NCBI GenBank assembly: GCA_043228905.1
Contig: JBHGNT010000003.1
Span: 10,602,001-10,666,000, forward strand
Direction: 5' to 3'
DNA from: Azolla caroliniana
Lineage: Eukaryota; Plantae; Polypodiophyta
Length of the DNA stretch: 64,000 nucleotides
The notes beneath the pieces are model-generated. The model did not search any database, was not told where the DNA came from, and worked only from the letters and a program-made list of their open reading frames with translations. The position numbers and the translations under genes are program-made. This document shows positions 51,301 through 64,000 of the stretch, piece after piece. Positions within the stretch are counted from its first letter, which is position 1; every line of letters begins with the position of its first letter.

Positions 51301-54300
51301 TATCCACAACCGATAATGTTACAGATGGAATGACCAAGTGTCTTTTGGCATATCTTTTCCAGTCCCTTCGCCCCCAGATGGGCGTAACGAAAAATCGGTC
51401 CGGTTAAAGTCAGACACACATCACAGGATGGTTTTGGACAACAGACATCGGTCCTTTGAGGATCGACTTCAGCTATTCTGACCCGGCCGGTTCGGGCTTC
51501 AGTCTTTGGATCCTGCCGACTCGAACAAAACTGATATGTCCGACAACCTTGTACATACCTATAACTTTAGTATAACCCATGTATACGCCCATTACGGGGG
51601 AGTGTATAATGGCCGTATTCACACTGTCTTTTTTAGACAACCCAAGTTTGGGCTATTTTTGTAAATAGCATAAAGGGCAGTTGCCCTAGGATAGTCACTA
51701 TATATAGTGACTTTGTAACCTTTAGTAAAGGTTGGTTGGTTTTCATTTTGTAACTATTGCTATTGAGAAATAAAACGTTTCTTTGTGCCTATCTGTGTGT
51801 GTGTGTGTGTGTGTATCTTATTTCATTCTCATACATAGGTCCTTCAACATCACAGACGTTGTTTGTTCTTCCGCACTGACAACCTTGTCCCCAACAACCT
51901 CATTGTCTCAAGTAATTTCCTAAGCCATCCAATGTGATAATCGTTTTTTTGAACTTTGTTAGGAAGAACATGGGACTTGCGGGATCAGTCTTCCTCCTGA
52001 AACGCCCAACCTTACCATTCCCCGGTGATACTCATACTACGATGGAAGTTGATTCCCGTACTCTGATGGATATCGACCACGCTCTGTTCCAACCACTAAT
52101 CGATGCCCAACGCCAACATCGTCGTGACAATGGCCTCTGTCTCTATTGTGGTAACCTCGACCATGTCATACGTCACTACCCGGTGAGGGGCCTTTGGCAC
52201 CAATTCCACCATGCTCGTCTTGTAGAGGTTCCTTGACAACAGGAAAACGACCAAGTCTAGTTGTAGTAGGAGCCACTCAATTGGACGCTTCCCGTCACCC
52301 ACCTTCTCCATGTCCCTACAAGTCGTTTCTACCATTAGGATGGTTTGCTTTGCAAGTAAGTCTTGGTTTTGGATCGACTTCAATACACTCTCATCCCTTG
52401 CTCGATTCCGGAGCATCTACTTGTTTTATCGATATATCATTTGTCCACGCACATAATATCCTCACCGTCTGCACATCACAACCCATATCCGTTGAAGCAA
52501 TCGACAGTTAGGTTCTCTCTTCGGGGGTGGTTATAGAAGCCACTATCCCATTGGTTCTTCAAGTCGGGTCCCACCATGAGGTACTCGCGTTCTACCTCAT
52601 TACAACCCCCCGGAATCCGATTGTTTTGGGGCTATCTTGGTTGGAGACACACAATTCGACGGTGGATTGGTGCAACCAGTCCATGACTTTTCTAGTACGG
52701 ACGATTACGGCTGGGTCACTACACTATTGATTCCATTGCGGCCAAGTCTGGCTTGGTCGCTACCCTGGCCATGTTGTCACGAGACGTCTCTATTATTGTC
52801 AACAATTTGCTTGCATGATATAATGACTTTTTGGACATATTCTAGAAACGAAATGTCGATCGGTTACCAGTTCATTCCCCTACGATTGCCCAATCAAACT
52901 TCAAGCTAGCAAGCATCCACCATTTGGTCCTATCTATGGGCTATTTGAACTTGAACTTGAGGCTCTCCGCACATATCTGGCTGACAACCTTGTGAAGGGC
53001 TTCATTCCACCCTCCAAATCACCGTCCAGGGCACCAATCTTATTTTTCAATAAGAATGACGACTCCTTATGCCTATGTGTGGATAATTGGGGTCTCAACA
53101 AAGTTATAGTGTGTAATTGTTACCCCTTTCCCTTAATTCCAGTGCTCCTTGATCGACCCTGAACTGGGTGTTTTCTCCAAAATCGACCTTCGGGGGAGCC
53201 TACAATTTGGCGCGCATCAAGCCTAGAAAACGGCCTTTTGGACGAGTTATGGACATTTCAAGTACAAGGTGATGCCATTTGGTCTTACCAATGCTCCGGA
53301 AATCTTCCAACACTTGATGAATGATATACTTCGAGAGTACCTCGATTACTTCAGGGTAATTTACCTTGACGACATCCTTGTTTTTTCTTCTAACTTAGAG
53401 GAGCACACACACCACGTCCGACTGGTTCTCACCAAACTTCGGGAATATGGGCTTTATGCCAAAAGTGAGAAATGCAAATTTGATCGAACCTCTGTCGATT
53501 TCCTTGGTTACATGATCTCACCCACCAGGATCACAATGGATGAGCGCAAGGTAGCGGTAATTACTGATTGGCCTCTCCCGACTCACTTGAAAGAGGTACA
53601 ATCATTTCGTGGTTTTGCAAATTTCTATCAATGATTTATAGACAGGTTTTCTTCCTTAGTGCAACCTCTTATCCAACTTACTCAAAAAGATACTCCATTT
53701 CTCTGGACCCCCCCGGCACAAAATGTTTTTGATGCCCTCAAAGCAGCTTTTCTCTCTGCCCCAGTGTTGGTCCACCCTGACCCCACCCAGCCCTTCCAGG
53801 TTGAATCCAACGCCTCTGACTTTGCCATTGGCATGGTCTTGTCCCAGCCCGACGACGATGGCACCCTATATTTGGTCGCCTTCTACTCTTGGAAGTTTAC
53901 AACCCTAGAAATAAATTATCCGGTCTACGACAAGGAGCTTGCAGCTATCATCTCGGCGTTCGCCGAATGGTGAACCTATCTGGCTAGGCCCCAATATCGT
54001 ATTCAAATGTTGACCAACCACAAGAATCTCAACTACTTCAGCACCAGTCGTATGTTGAATCGGAGGTAGGCTTACTAGTCATCTTTCCTCGCCAATTACG
54101 ACTTCGAAATCTTGACGACCAGATTTTGCACTACGTCCAGGTGACGACGCATATTCTCAACAATCACATTGTTTATTGCGGCCCGATCAACTCTAGATGT
54201 TCGCAACCTACATGTTGTATTATGATTCCTTGCTGACCGAGATTGCACAGGAAACCATGTCGAACCCATTCGCTACCGACATCATTGCACGCATCAACGA

Positions 54301-55722
54301 CCCATCCCATGAAATGCAAAGCTTAGAGGTCAGTCACTTTACAATTCGGGATGGACTACTCTATCGTAATCACCTCCTTTACGTCCCAGCTGGGGCATGT
54401 CGCACCTGAGTACTACAACATTGCCACGATGATCCTCTTGTCAGCCACTTTGGGGTCCCGAAAACATTAGAGTCAATCCGTCACCCTCGTTTCAACATTT
54501 CCATTCCTGCGATTTCCGTCAATTCGTCAGCCGAGATGCGTGCCCGCACTTTACAAGATGTCCATCGCGACCTCTCCCTTGAGGGTCGTGTCATTGACAA
54601 ACCGTATAAGGATCACGCTAACCGTCATCGCTTGGCCGTGCCGCCCTTCACACTTGGTGACATGGTTTGGTTGCTACATCGCCACATCGCCACCACCCGT
54701 CCCTGCACGAAGCTATACTACAAAAAACTCGAGCCCTTCTGTATCATCGAGCGAATCAACTGGGTCGCCTTCCGGTTAGTGCTTCCCCCAACATTCATCA
54801 TTCATAATGTTTTCTCTGTCTCTATCCTCGAAGTCTACCATCCTTCTCGGATTCCAGGACGACAACCTCCTCCACCGCCACTCGTGGAATTATCAACATG
54901 GGAGGAGTACGAGGTTGACCGGATCATTGACTACCGCTTGTGTCCATGACAACTTCAATATTTGTTCTTATGGAAAGGTTACCTCATTTCGGACTCCACG
55001 TGGGAACCAACTTCACATTTACAAAATGCTTTAGAGGCCATATTTGAGCTTTTCATCAACGGTACCCTGAGCTTTTCATTAGGTACCCTCAGAAGCCAAC
55101 CACGGGTCTTAGCAGGCGCCTTTAGAGGGAGGATAATGTCATAGACATATGTGACGGTAGAAGGTAGGGATTGAACCTGGGCAATCCTACACACTAAGCT
55201 ACATATGCATTCTTGTATAAAACCCAACTTCACGTATTGTAGATTGAAACTTGAAAGTTTCCTTGCCTGCATACATCCTCATGCATCCTCTATTCCTAGC
55301 TTGCATGCATCTTCATGCATCCTCTATTCCTAGCTTGCATACATCCTCGTGCATCCTCTATTCCTAGCGTGCATGCATCCTCATGCATACTCTATTTCTA
55401 GTTGTACATAGCCCTACCTTCTTGTATAAATACTCAGGTGCACCTTGATTCTAATCAAGGTGAAAAACACTAGTTAGGAAATCATAAGTTTGAGTTCTTG
55501 TTTTTTTTCCTCTCTCCTAGTTCTTAGTCTTGTCTGCCCTCCACTCTATTATACTTGTCCATGACACTTACATGTATACAATGTCTTGAAATTGTGAGGT
55601 ACACGTAGAAATACCTTCTGTCCAGGTTTGAATACATGAGGTTGCTTATTATGGTTGGCATAAAAATGCACTCTATCTTGAGTTATTTTTATATTATCTC
55701 CTACAATATTCAACATATCTTG

Positions 55723-56122
55723 TGTTACCCGGCTGGCAAAGGAGTTAAAGACCAAAATGTGAAAGGGATGGGTTATTCAGAATAGATTATAATTAAGTAG
55801 TGAACGGACGGACCGGTTCCGAACAGGTGCCGGTTGGCACCGTTTTGTACTCAGCACCGGTGACCTATATAAAGGCCCGGTTACAATGTAAAACTTGACG
55901 GATAATTAATAGAGCTTCTTGTTTTATCTTTAAGTATTGATTACCGTTCTGTACTAATTGTTCTATCATACGCGTGTATCAAGTCTAATGCCACATTGCT
56001 AAGTAACCAATTAAGTCTAATTAATCGTTGTGTCTTAAGTTATCTCGCCGTAACACCCCTTTGGTGAAGTGTCTTTCGTAGACACCCTGTGTTAGGCCAT
56101 TGTCCAACCCTAAGGAATAACA
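55723..56122 (+). mobile_element. Solo LTR (400 bp)
   Basis: TGTTA...TAACA with perfect TSD TCTTG; TATA CTATATAAA at ~55865; host integrase sequence is continuous across it. Confidence 0.88.
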
Positions 56123-57225
56123 TCTTGCATATCCATTAGAAAGTTAAATTGTGTACCTCTCAACTCATCATGATGTATATTAACATCAATCGGGACTAGT
56201 TGTTGAAAGTCATACATCAACATAAAAGGATTATATCCCATCAATGGCTGCTTGGAGATGTTATAAGCAAACTCCAAATTTTGAAGATAACATTCCCATT
56301 TTGTTGGCTTAGCAACATATTCTTGAAGCATATAATTTGATTTATGCGTCTTGTCTCTTCATCGGATTGAGGATGATCCGTGGAGCTCAGGGTCAAGGTA
56401 ATTTCCAACTTCTTAAAGACTTGCGTTCAAAAGTCGATGGTAAACTTTGAATCTCGATCACGCACAATATCCATCAACGTATTAGTAAGCTAATTCAAGA
56501 GTTGTTATCATGGTTTTAATAGCTATAAACCTAACCATTTTAGTAAGTCTATCAACTACTATCCCATTTATTGTTGGGAATGTTCAATGGATGTAAAAGT
56601 CCAATGGCTTTAAGTTGCTCGGCTTTGTTAACTTGACATTAGTAACATTTAGTCACATACTTATGCATGTTAGGACACATCTTAGGCCAATAGAATTGAT
56701 TGGAGGTGAAACGAGTGTGTGATGTATACCCGGGTGCCCTGCTGAGGGTGCATCGTGTCATTAAAAAAGAATTCTCTTTTTGACCTTAAGAAAATCTAGA
56801 ACACAAACCTTCCCATCATGGTAGAGCAAACCGTTAGCAATGTGGAAGGATCCCTTCAAGGGTGTGGTGATGTTTGTTCCAAACTCAGCTCTTGCCCAAT
56901 ATTTCGCAAAAAAACTTTCATCAAGTTACTTTCCTCGAAGGTGATCATAAAGATCTGATGTTATATCGGTGAAGCTAAACATGTTAACTTCACAAATAAG
57001 ATTGAGTGCATCAACGACAATGTTCATGGAACCTTTATGGTATTGTATGGAAACAATCAAATTCATGGATGAGATCTACCCATCATGCCTTACGACCCTT
57101 AAGGTTTTGTTGGTCACAAAAATATTTCAAGGATTCGTGAACCATAATTACCACAAAACGATTTCCATAAAGATAATGAAGCCATGAATTTAGTGCATGG
57201 ATAACCGCGAATAATTCCTTTTCTT

Positions 57226-57940
57226 GGTTGAGAATCTAGTTCCTCCGAATGGGATGGGGAGCCAACCGGATCGGCCTAAAGCCGATTGACTGAAGAGCTG
57301 GATGATAGTCAGCTTGTCTGATTCAGAATTCGGATATTACACAAGGAGTCGGATCATTAGGAACTGATTAAGCTCCAAGTAGTGAGATAATCAACAAACT
57401 CGATTGAGGCTGAAAATTGATTGATTACCTATTCGGTTGAGGCCAATAGGCAGAGGCCGATAATTGACCGATAACTGACTTGGCTAATAGCCGAATCGGT
57501 TGAAGCCGACTCAGGACTATATTTGTAAATAGCTCCAATGTGCCTATTGTGGGCTTCATTTGTAAATAGTCATATATGTATATGGGTATAAATATAGCTA
57601 GGGCAAAAGTAGTTATACAAGGAGAGTTGAAGATTATCAGTGGGTAATCATATGTATGTACAGAGTTGATTAAGTGTGTAGAGTGTGAGTGAGTGTTGTA
57701 GCCGTTTGTAAGACGAAGTCAAACTCAAGATTGTTGCCTTAGAGTTTTCTTGTACATTCTTCATATAGTGATTCTGTTTGGAGTCTGTGGGCTCTCATGG
57801 TTTTTCCCTTTCTGGGTTTTCCACGATAATATCTTGACAATGTCTCATTGTTTGTGCCTTGTTTGTTTTTTCTATTGTTTGGTTATTGTCTTCTCTCATT
57901 TGTACTGGTGAACCATTTGTGGCCAACATCATTTACAACA
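57226..57940 (+). mobile_element. Solo LTR (715 bp)
   Basis: GGTTG (TG mutated)...CAACA with perfect TSD TTCTT; shares TTTGTAAATAG, TATAAATAT and GGTTTTTCCC..GGGTTTTCCACG motifs with the solo LTR at 47633. Confidence 0.85.
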
Positions 57941-58103
57941 TTCTTGAATGGTATATCGACAGTTAGTAGGATCATGTTTCTTACTCACAAATGCTATTGG
58001 TTTTCCATCTTCATACAACAACACCTATAACATAGTCACTTGGATCAGTTTCAACCTGAAAAGGTTTTGATGGATCTGGTAAAAGAATCGAAGGAGCCTT
58101 ACA

Positions 58104-60240
58104 TGTTGTGAATATGGAGATGTTGGTGCAACGGAAGATGATGTTGAGAACATGTAGGTTAGAGTGTATAGCAAACAACATAGATAAACTAATTATCGGA
58201 TTCGAGCAAGATGAACAAAAAGCAAGAAGCAAGAAGCAAGTTAAGCTCTAATGGAAACTATATTTCTCTTCTGTAAAACTCTCACTCACTTTTACAACAT
58301 TCCAGTCATATATATACTCAAAGCCCTAACTTGAGGATGTGTTCACACTTAAGGACACAATTTGGAAGGAGTCAGCCTTTTATGCCAACAAACTCCCTCG
58401 TAAAAGGGCTACTCTTCTTATGTATACAAATACTTGGGGTTATCTCCCTTGTAAACCTAGATTACAATTTTAATCTATAGTTACAATTGTATACTTATAC
58501 GACACTTGACACTTGGCTGAATGTGTAGAGGTAAAGTTGGGATCTAGCCTAATCTGGCTAGTCATCCGAATCATATATAGTTCGGGTAGGTTTGTCTAGA
58601 TCAGTCATATCGAGTGGTTCAAATTAACTTGCATCTGAGTTGGTTCGTTCATTCGCATTGGCTCGTGTCCAATTCCGACTCTTGGCCTCTGGTCCATCAT
58701 CTACTTCCTGCTCATGCTAGCACTTGTGCTCCTCTCTAGATCCCCAATTTGTCTTTGGCTTTGCTCGCTTGTCGATCGTCTCCTCTCCAGTTGGCATCCT
58801 TGCTTAGTGTTGCATCTTCAACCTTTCGGTTGTCCGTCTGCTTTGACTTTGCCTTTTTGGCTCGTCCTATTGAGACAATCTTCGACTTACCTATTGTGAT
58901 TGTTCGTTAGGCTCCCTTATGCTCTGTCGCTTGTCGTAGTCCCATCTTTGTCCTCGGTGCTTCGAAGCGTTGTTCCAGGAGTGGTTTCGTCAGGAAATTG
59001 GCGATGTTCACCTTGGTATCTATCTTCTAGACTTTGAGTTTCTTTTCCATTACGAGCTCCTGGATATGACGAAACCACACCTCAATATGTTTCTTCTTCG
59101 CATGATAGAATGGGTTCCAAATGAGGTATATTGTGCTTTATGATTCAATTTGTCGCCGAAAAATCGACCGACAGTCGGTGTAGCTAGATTACTTCCTTAG
59201 CTGCTTCCGATGCGACTATGTATTCGGCCTTTGTGGTTGACAGGGTCGTGCACTCTTGCAATTTCGACCTCCATTATATGATGCCGCCACCATAGGTGAA
59301 TATATATATCTTGATGTCGACTTACGATTGTCCAGATTACCAGCGTAATCGGAGTCCATATAGCCTTCGACTTCGATTAGATTAGCCTATCTGAAAGTCA
59401 ACTGTACATCTTTGGTTCCTTGTAGATAACCGAAGATGTTCTTGACAACCTCCCAATGCTCCTGTCCTGGGTTTGACATGTACGAGTTGACGACGCCTAT
59501 TGCATATGCAAGGTTAGGTCGGGTCGCCACCATTGCGTACATGATACTTCCTACAACCGATACGTAGGGTATCTTTCCATTTAACTCTCTCTCCTTGTCG
59601 GTCGAAGGAGAGTCCTTGTCCATTAGTTCTACTGATGTCGAAGCGGAGCCAGGGCCGATTTAACATTCTCCATGTTGAACCTGCTAAGCACCTTTAAGAT
59701 ATAATCGGACTGGGAGAACCGGAGAGTCTTCATCATCCGATTTTGCTCTATCCTCATGCCCAAGATATGTCAGGCTTGTCCACGTTCCTTCATCGAAAAT
59801 TTATCATGAAGACTCCACTTTAGTCTTCCGATTTTTGCTTGATTGCTCCCTGCAATCAACATATCGTCAATGTACAATATCAGGTAGATCCAGGACTCGT
59901 CGACCAATTGCCGAACGTTCATGCATGGGTCGAAATCTAACCACCTATAGCCACACTGCCGGATGTAGGTATGAAATTTTTGATATGACATTCACGACAC
60001 TTGGTTTAAGCTATATAAGCTTTTCTTCAACTTGCAAACGAGGTGACCTTGCTCCCTCGTCACCGTGAAGCCTGCCGGTTGAGACATATAGATGTCTTCA
60101 TCTAGATCTCCATGAAGGAAGGTTGTTTTGACGTCTAGTTGCTCGAGCTCTAGGTCTTTCGTGAACATGACTTCGAGAAGGAGCCAAAGGGTGGGCATTT
60201 CAACTACCGGTGAGAAGATCTCATCGTAGTCGATCCCATG
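58104..60240 (-). mobile_element. 5'-truncated Ty1/Copia (RT-RNH, PPT and 3' LTR)
   Basis: RT pieces [29 protein letters not shown] and VGSIMYAMVATRP; PPT GAGGGAG; LTR 58104-58390 (TGTTG...CAACA). Confidence 0.85.
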
Positions 60241-61124
60241 TATATTTTTTATTCTTTTTTGTGCTTGTATTGTATTGTGGTGCCACCCTTTTAGCTACCA
60301 ATATGTGAAATGCACATAAAGAGATCAAAACTAGCCTACGTAGCTTCTTACTTCTTGCTCAATTTATAGTCGATACAAAGGTATCCATTTGGGTTGGCTT
60401 AACTACATGCGTGCTTAAAGGGTGGGTTGGCTTAGCTACATGCATGATAAAAAAGGAAGGCACACCACAGTATAAAGGAAGGCCTCATTTTGTATAATCT
60501 TGATCATGTATATATATGGATATACTCTTTTGCACATTTTTTATATGAATCAACCATTTTGTAATTCGCCCATTTTCTATATGAATATACTCTGTGGCAC
60601 TTTTGTATATCATAAAGTTTCGTAGTGTATATGAATGGATGACCAACTTTTACCTAATGAAGAAACTAATCATATGATTGACCAAGTTTTTACTTCATGT
60701 CTATATCATATGGTATTAAAATACATGCTACTTATGGATTTCTTCTTGTTTCATGTATTGGCCAATTGATGTTATCATATATTGTATTGAAATACATGCT
60801 CAAATCCGATTCATGTGATTGCTGCATATACTCAACATGTTTTTACACTTGGATTTTTTTCAACGGTTTCATGTCTGTTGGGCGTTTAATTTGAGCAAGG
60901 TGTATGAAAATAGAGCAGGGTGTCTAACTGGGCGAACGATGGCGCAAATCACAAACACCACCTCAGTTGAGCGAGTGACTTGCACCGTCGTCTCTGTTTG
61001 TGGCCGCGATTCCCTCGCTTGCCCTCGTTATTCTTTGGTAGCAGTTAAAGACACTCGCTCCCCGCCCCCCAAAATGTCTAGACTCTATACATATATATGT
61101 ATGTACATATATGCAAACATAACA

Positions 61125-61155
<31 letters not shown>

Positions 61156-61318
61156 TGATATAACATCATCTTTTGAAAAATCCACACCTCGTTTCAAATA
61201 AACTCAATCTTCGTTTTCTTTTTCTTCTTCCTACACACACACACCTACACCTAAATTCATTCTTTCTTCTGTGTTCAAGTTTCAACCATGCCCTCCTCCT
61301 CCTCCTGAGCAAGAATCT

Positions 61319-63559
61319 ATGGCGCGTCAAGTTCGCCTTCCCTTTCTCATCCTTCTCTTCACCGTCTCCTGCAGATCTTCCTTCGCATCAGGTAAATATC
61401 CAACAAATTTCTTCTGCTCCATGAAATACAGATCCGTCGAGGATTTGCATTATCAAGCTGGATGATTTGGCGCTGATAATCATTTCCATACATTTTGAAG
61501 TATTGGTTTTTAGTTTTTATCATTTGCACTGTTATTCTTCCATGTGTATTTTTTTTCTGAGTTAGTCTTCTTTGGTCAGTTTTCAGCGCAGCAATTATTT
61601 CTTTACCGAGTTTCTCTTTTATGCATGAAACAGCCCAAACATTTTAAGGAGCATTCAAAAATGGATGTTTTCAAATTTGAATCCAAACTCTTGAGTGCGT
61701 GTATCCATTTGTTTGGGAAAATTTTCTTTACTAATCGGCTAGGAATTTTCTAGAGTGTACCACACATTTATAGGAATTGTGTCATCAAATTCTAGGAATT
61801 GTGTATCTTAGTTGAAAAAGGATAATAATTAAAGATACACAATAATAATAATTAAAGATAGTTCTTATGTAGAAATTTGTGTGAATATTGTAGAAAACTT
61901 TGCAGGTATTCAGTCGAAAGTTTTGAATTTAGTAGACAAATTATATATTTCTGTTGGTTTTTCTTTTTTATTTATAAATATTCCGAATGGAAGAGGTGGA
62001 AGAAAACGTTTTACCTGAGGTTTTAGTAAGTTAGGCCATCATATTCCCAAAAACTGTTCTGTATGAAGGCCACCATATCTATATGTCTATCTAAATAGAA
62101 TATATGTTTCTGTATGTATGCATGAATGCATGCATGTTTGTGTCTGTATTTCTGGCTTTTTGTGGACTCATTGTGGATTGCCTATGAAGTAAATTACTTT
62201 GCCGCTCTTCTATTTGGCAGGAAGAGAAGAAGGCCATGTCTGTATTTCTCAAGGTGGCCGTTTCCCTCCATTCTCGTTAGAAGGGAAACCCCCAAGAAGA
62301 TCAATTAAAGGACCTGATGATTTGACACTATGCCGAATATATCGCAAATGGACGTGTTGCACAGCAGCTCAGACACACCCAGCTCTGCTATCAATCCGGA
62401 AGTTGGCAACTAGCGGAGAAGGAAGCAATGAATGTTTGCTATTCTGGGAAGCTATGGAATGTGCTCTTTGTGACCCTCTAGTAGGAGTCATGCAAGGCCC
62501 ACCAAAATTATGCAAGTCTTTTTGCGAATCAGCTCTCAATGCTTGCAAAGATGCTTTTTTTTCCTTTGATGCGATGAATCAGGTAAGAAGAAAATAAGAA
62601 ATTTACATGTATAGCACAATGTTATGTACTGCCTCTTATTGCAAATGTATTGGTGAACTACGTGTATAGCGCAGTTGTGATATACAGCCTCTTGTTTGTG
62701 AATGTATTGATGATGTGTATTTGTAGCACGGTGTCATGCACTTCTTCCTATTTGTGAATGAATTGATGAATTACATGCATAGTACGATATTGTGCACTGG
62801 CGCTTATTCGTGATGAAGATTATCTGTATAAGATAAAGAGTGGAAAACCGAAGACCTAGTAGCAAACCCATTAATGATGAAATTTCATAGGCAACTACCA
62901 TCTGTGTAGGAATAGTGAAATCTGTGGTCATAGTGGTAAAATATGACGGTGAAAACGTCACGCTATTTTTAATGAGGATCACTTTTTTTGTAATCCTGAA
63001 ATATTGTCTTTAGATGTTTATTTTGTGAAAGTAAAAATATCATAGTAAAATATCCAGTAATTCTTAACAAAAATATCATAGTGAAATATCCAGTAATTCT
63101 TTGGATGCCGGCTCACCCGTCATCTTGTCATGTTTTGTTCTGAAATATAGGCATTATAAACATGGGATATTCATTATATTCCTTCAAAATTTAGAATGGG
63201 TTGTTAAATTATGTTATTCTAATCAACAAAAATATCATTTAGGTTCTATTACCATGTGGCTCTAAGGATGTTATTTGTGCCCAAGCAAGCAAGTGGGCAA
63301 CCAATGGTTCTCAGTTCTGTGAGCTTGCTGGATACGTTGTACCGAGTACAAAGAACATTATTGAAGCAGGTTGTTTTGATGGAAAACCAAGTTTGGACAC
63401 AGATTTTCCAACAAGTAAGAAATCTGAGAAGAACACTTATAAGAAAAAACAATCAGTACTACATTTATTACGACACCTTACGACACAATTGAGCAAAGGC
63501 GATCTGGTAGTTTGGGCTGTTGGTGGACTTGTTTTGACAGCTGGAATACTATTAATGAG
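61319..63559 (+). CDS. Folate-receptor-domain family protein (signal peptide, Cys-rich, C-terminal TM); last exon not found in the window
   Basis: Exons 61319-61391 (MARQVRLPFLILLFTVSCRSSFASG), 62221-62582 (VCISQGGRFPPF..DLTLCRIYRKWTCC..ECLLFWEAMECALCDP) and 63243-63559 (VLLPCGSKDVICAQAS..WAVGGLVLTAG); GT-AG and in frame. Confidence 0.87.
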
Positions 63560-64000
63560 GTGAGCGATGAATTTGTTCTTCATGGTGTACACAATGAACG
63601 AAATGCATTTTTATGCTCATTGGTGTGTTTGTATGTGTGATGTCTTATGTTAATTTATTGTCTCTTTTAATGCATCCGAGTTAAGATGAAAAACCATGAG
63701 GGGTGGGATGACCTTAAAACTTCATCCATATGTTAGTACACTGATTATTCTTGATAGCCTAGACGGAATGATATCATTTCAAATATTGTTCTCTTATGAG
63801 AATTTTCATGTTACTTTCATGAGATAACCAGGAAGATTTAGTGATGTCTTCAGCTCTTAGAAAATGTTTCCTTCAGAAAGTAAGCTTGTATAAACCAGGC
63901 CTCTGTCTTGCTTGACTTGAGAGAAGACTATATTTCCCAAAGGACTTTGAAGGTTTGCTTTTCCCGGATACCCACTTGCACAGTTGCAAGAATCATCTCT

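Larger units (their letters stand above)
45647..51896 (+). mobile_element. Full-length decayed Ty1/Copia inserted in the gag of the Tcn1-like element
   Basis: LTRs 45647-45977 and ~51603-51896; PBS TGGTATCAGAG (tRNA-iMet) at 45980; PPT GGGGGAG; TSD ACGTC/ACCTC; gag (~46672), PR WLLDSGASYH, INT, RT YVDDML, RNH GYTDSDFAG, with stops. Confidence 0.93.
44596..55566 (+). mobile_element. Tcn1/sushi-like chromovirus (Ty3/Gypsy), decayed, integrase core deleted, interrupted by a Copia
   Basis: LTRs 44596-44980 and 55137-55566 (TGTCAT...ATGACA); TSD CTTAT/CTTAC; PPT AGAGGGAGGA. Gag LPDKFNGTR..GSAQAWF..ELEATFG, knuckle LCLYCGNLDH, PR LLDSGASTCFID, RT YLDDILVFS, RNH, chromodomain EEYEVDRIID..WKGY..STWEP. 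Confidence 0.9.
43772..58103 (-). mobile_element. Fragmented chromovirus (same pol family as 13458-20343) hosting several nested insertions
   Basis: Pieces 57941-58103 (RNH start), 56123-57225 (RNH/INT), 55567-55722 and ~44053-44425 (INT end, chromodomain, PPT) are collinear with the first element; putative 3' LTR 43772-44052. Confidence 0.85.

Noticed and set aside
60391-63101. Short direct duplications (20 bp at 60391/60424; ~32 bp at 63034/63070)
   Set aside because: Ordinary slippage or repair duplications

Overview
AT-rich, intron-containing eukaryotic nuclear DNA from a land plant, most likely a fern or other non-seed plant (inferred from intronless PLS-class PPR genes and a Tcn1/sushi-like chromovirus). 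Host genes assembled by hand from GT-AG exons: the 3' exons of a Dr1/NC2-beta gene, a 9-exon NIPA-type Mg2+ transporter, two convergent PLS-E PPR genes, an SMG7/EST1-like gene, a decayed kinesin-12 fragment, and the 5' part of a folate-receptor-domain gene. Much of the rest is LTR retrotransposon: a full-length decayed chromovirus (13.5-20.3 kb), a truncated Copia (38.8-42.7 kb) and a nested cluster (43.8-60.2 kb) whose insertion order can be read from 5-bp target-site duplications (TSDs). The most unusual observations are: (1) an array of 56-bp-period stem-loops with a conserved GAGGT-N4-ACCTC core in a chromovirus leader; (2) two fold-back mini-elements with TG...CA ends and near-perfect 5-bp TSDs, one built only from U3 ends of the local LTR family; (3) a Tcn1/sushi-like element with an apparent self-priming PBS and an antisense tRNA-like module in its LTRs. 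All homology calls come from recognising motifs by eye; no searches were run.
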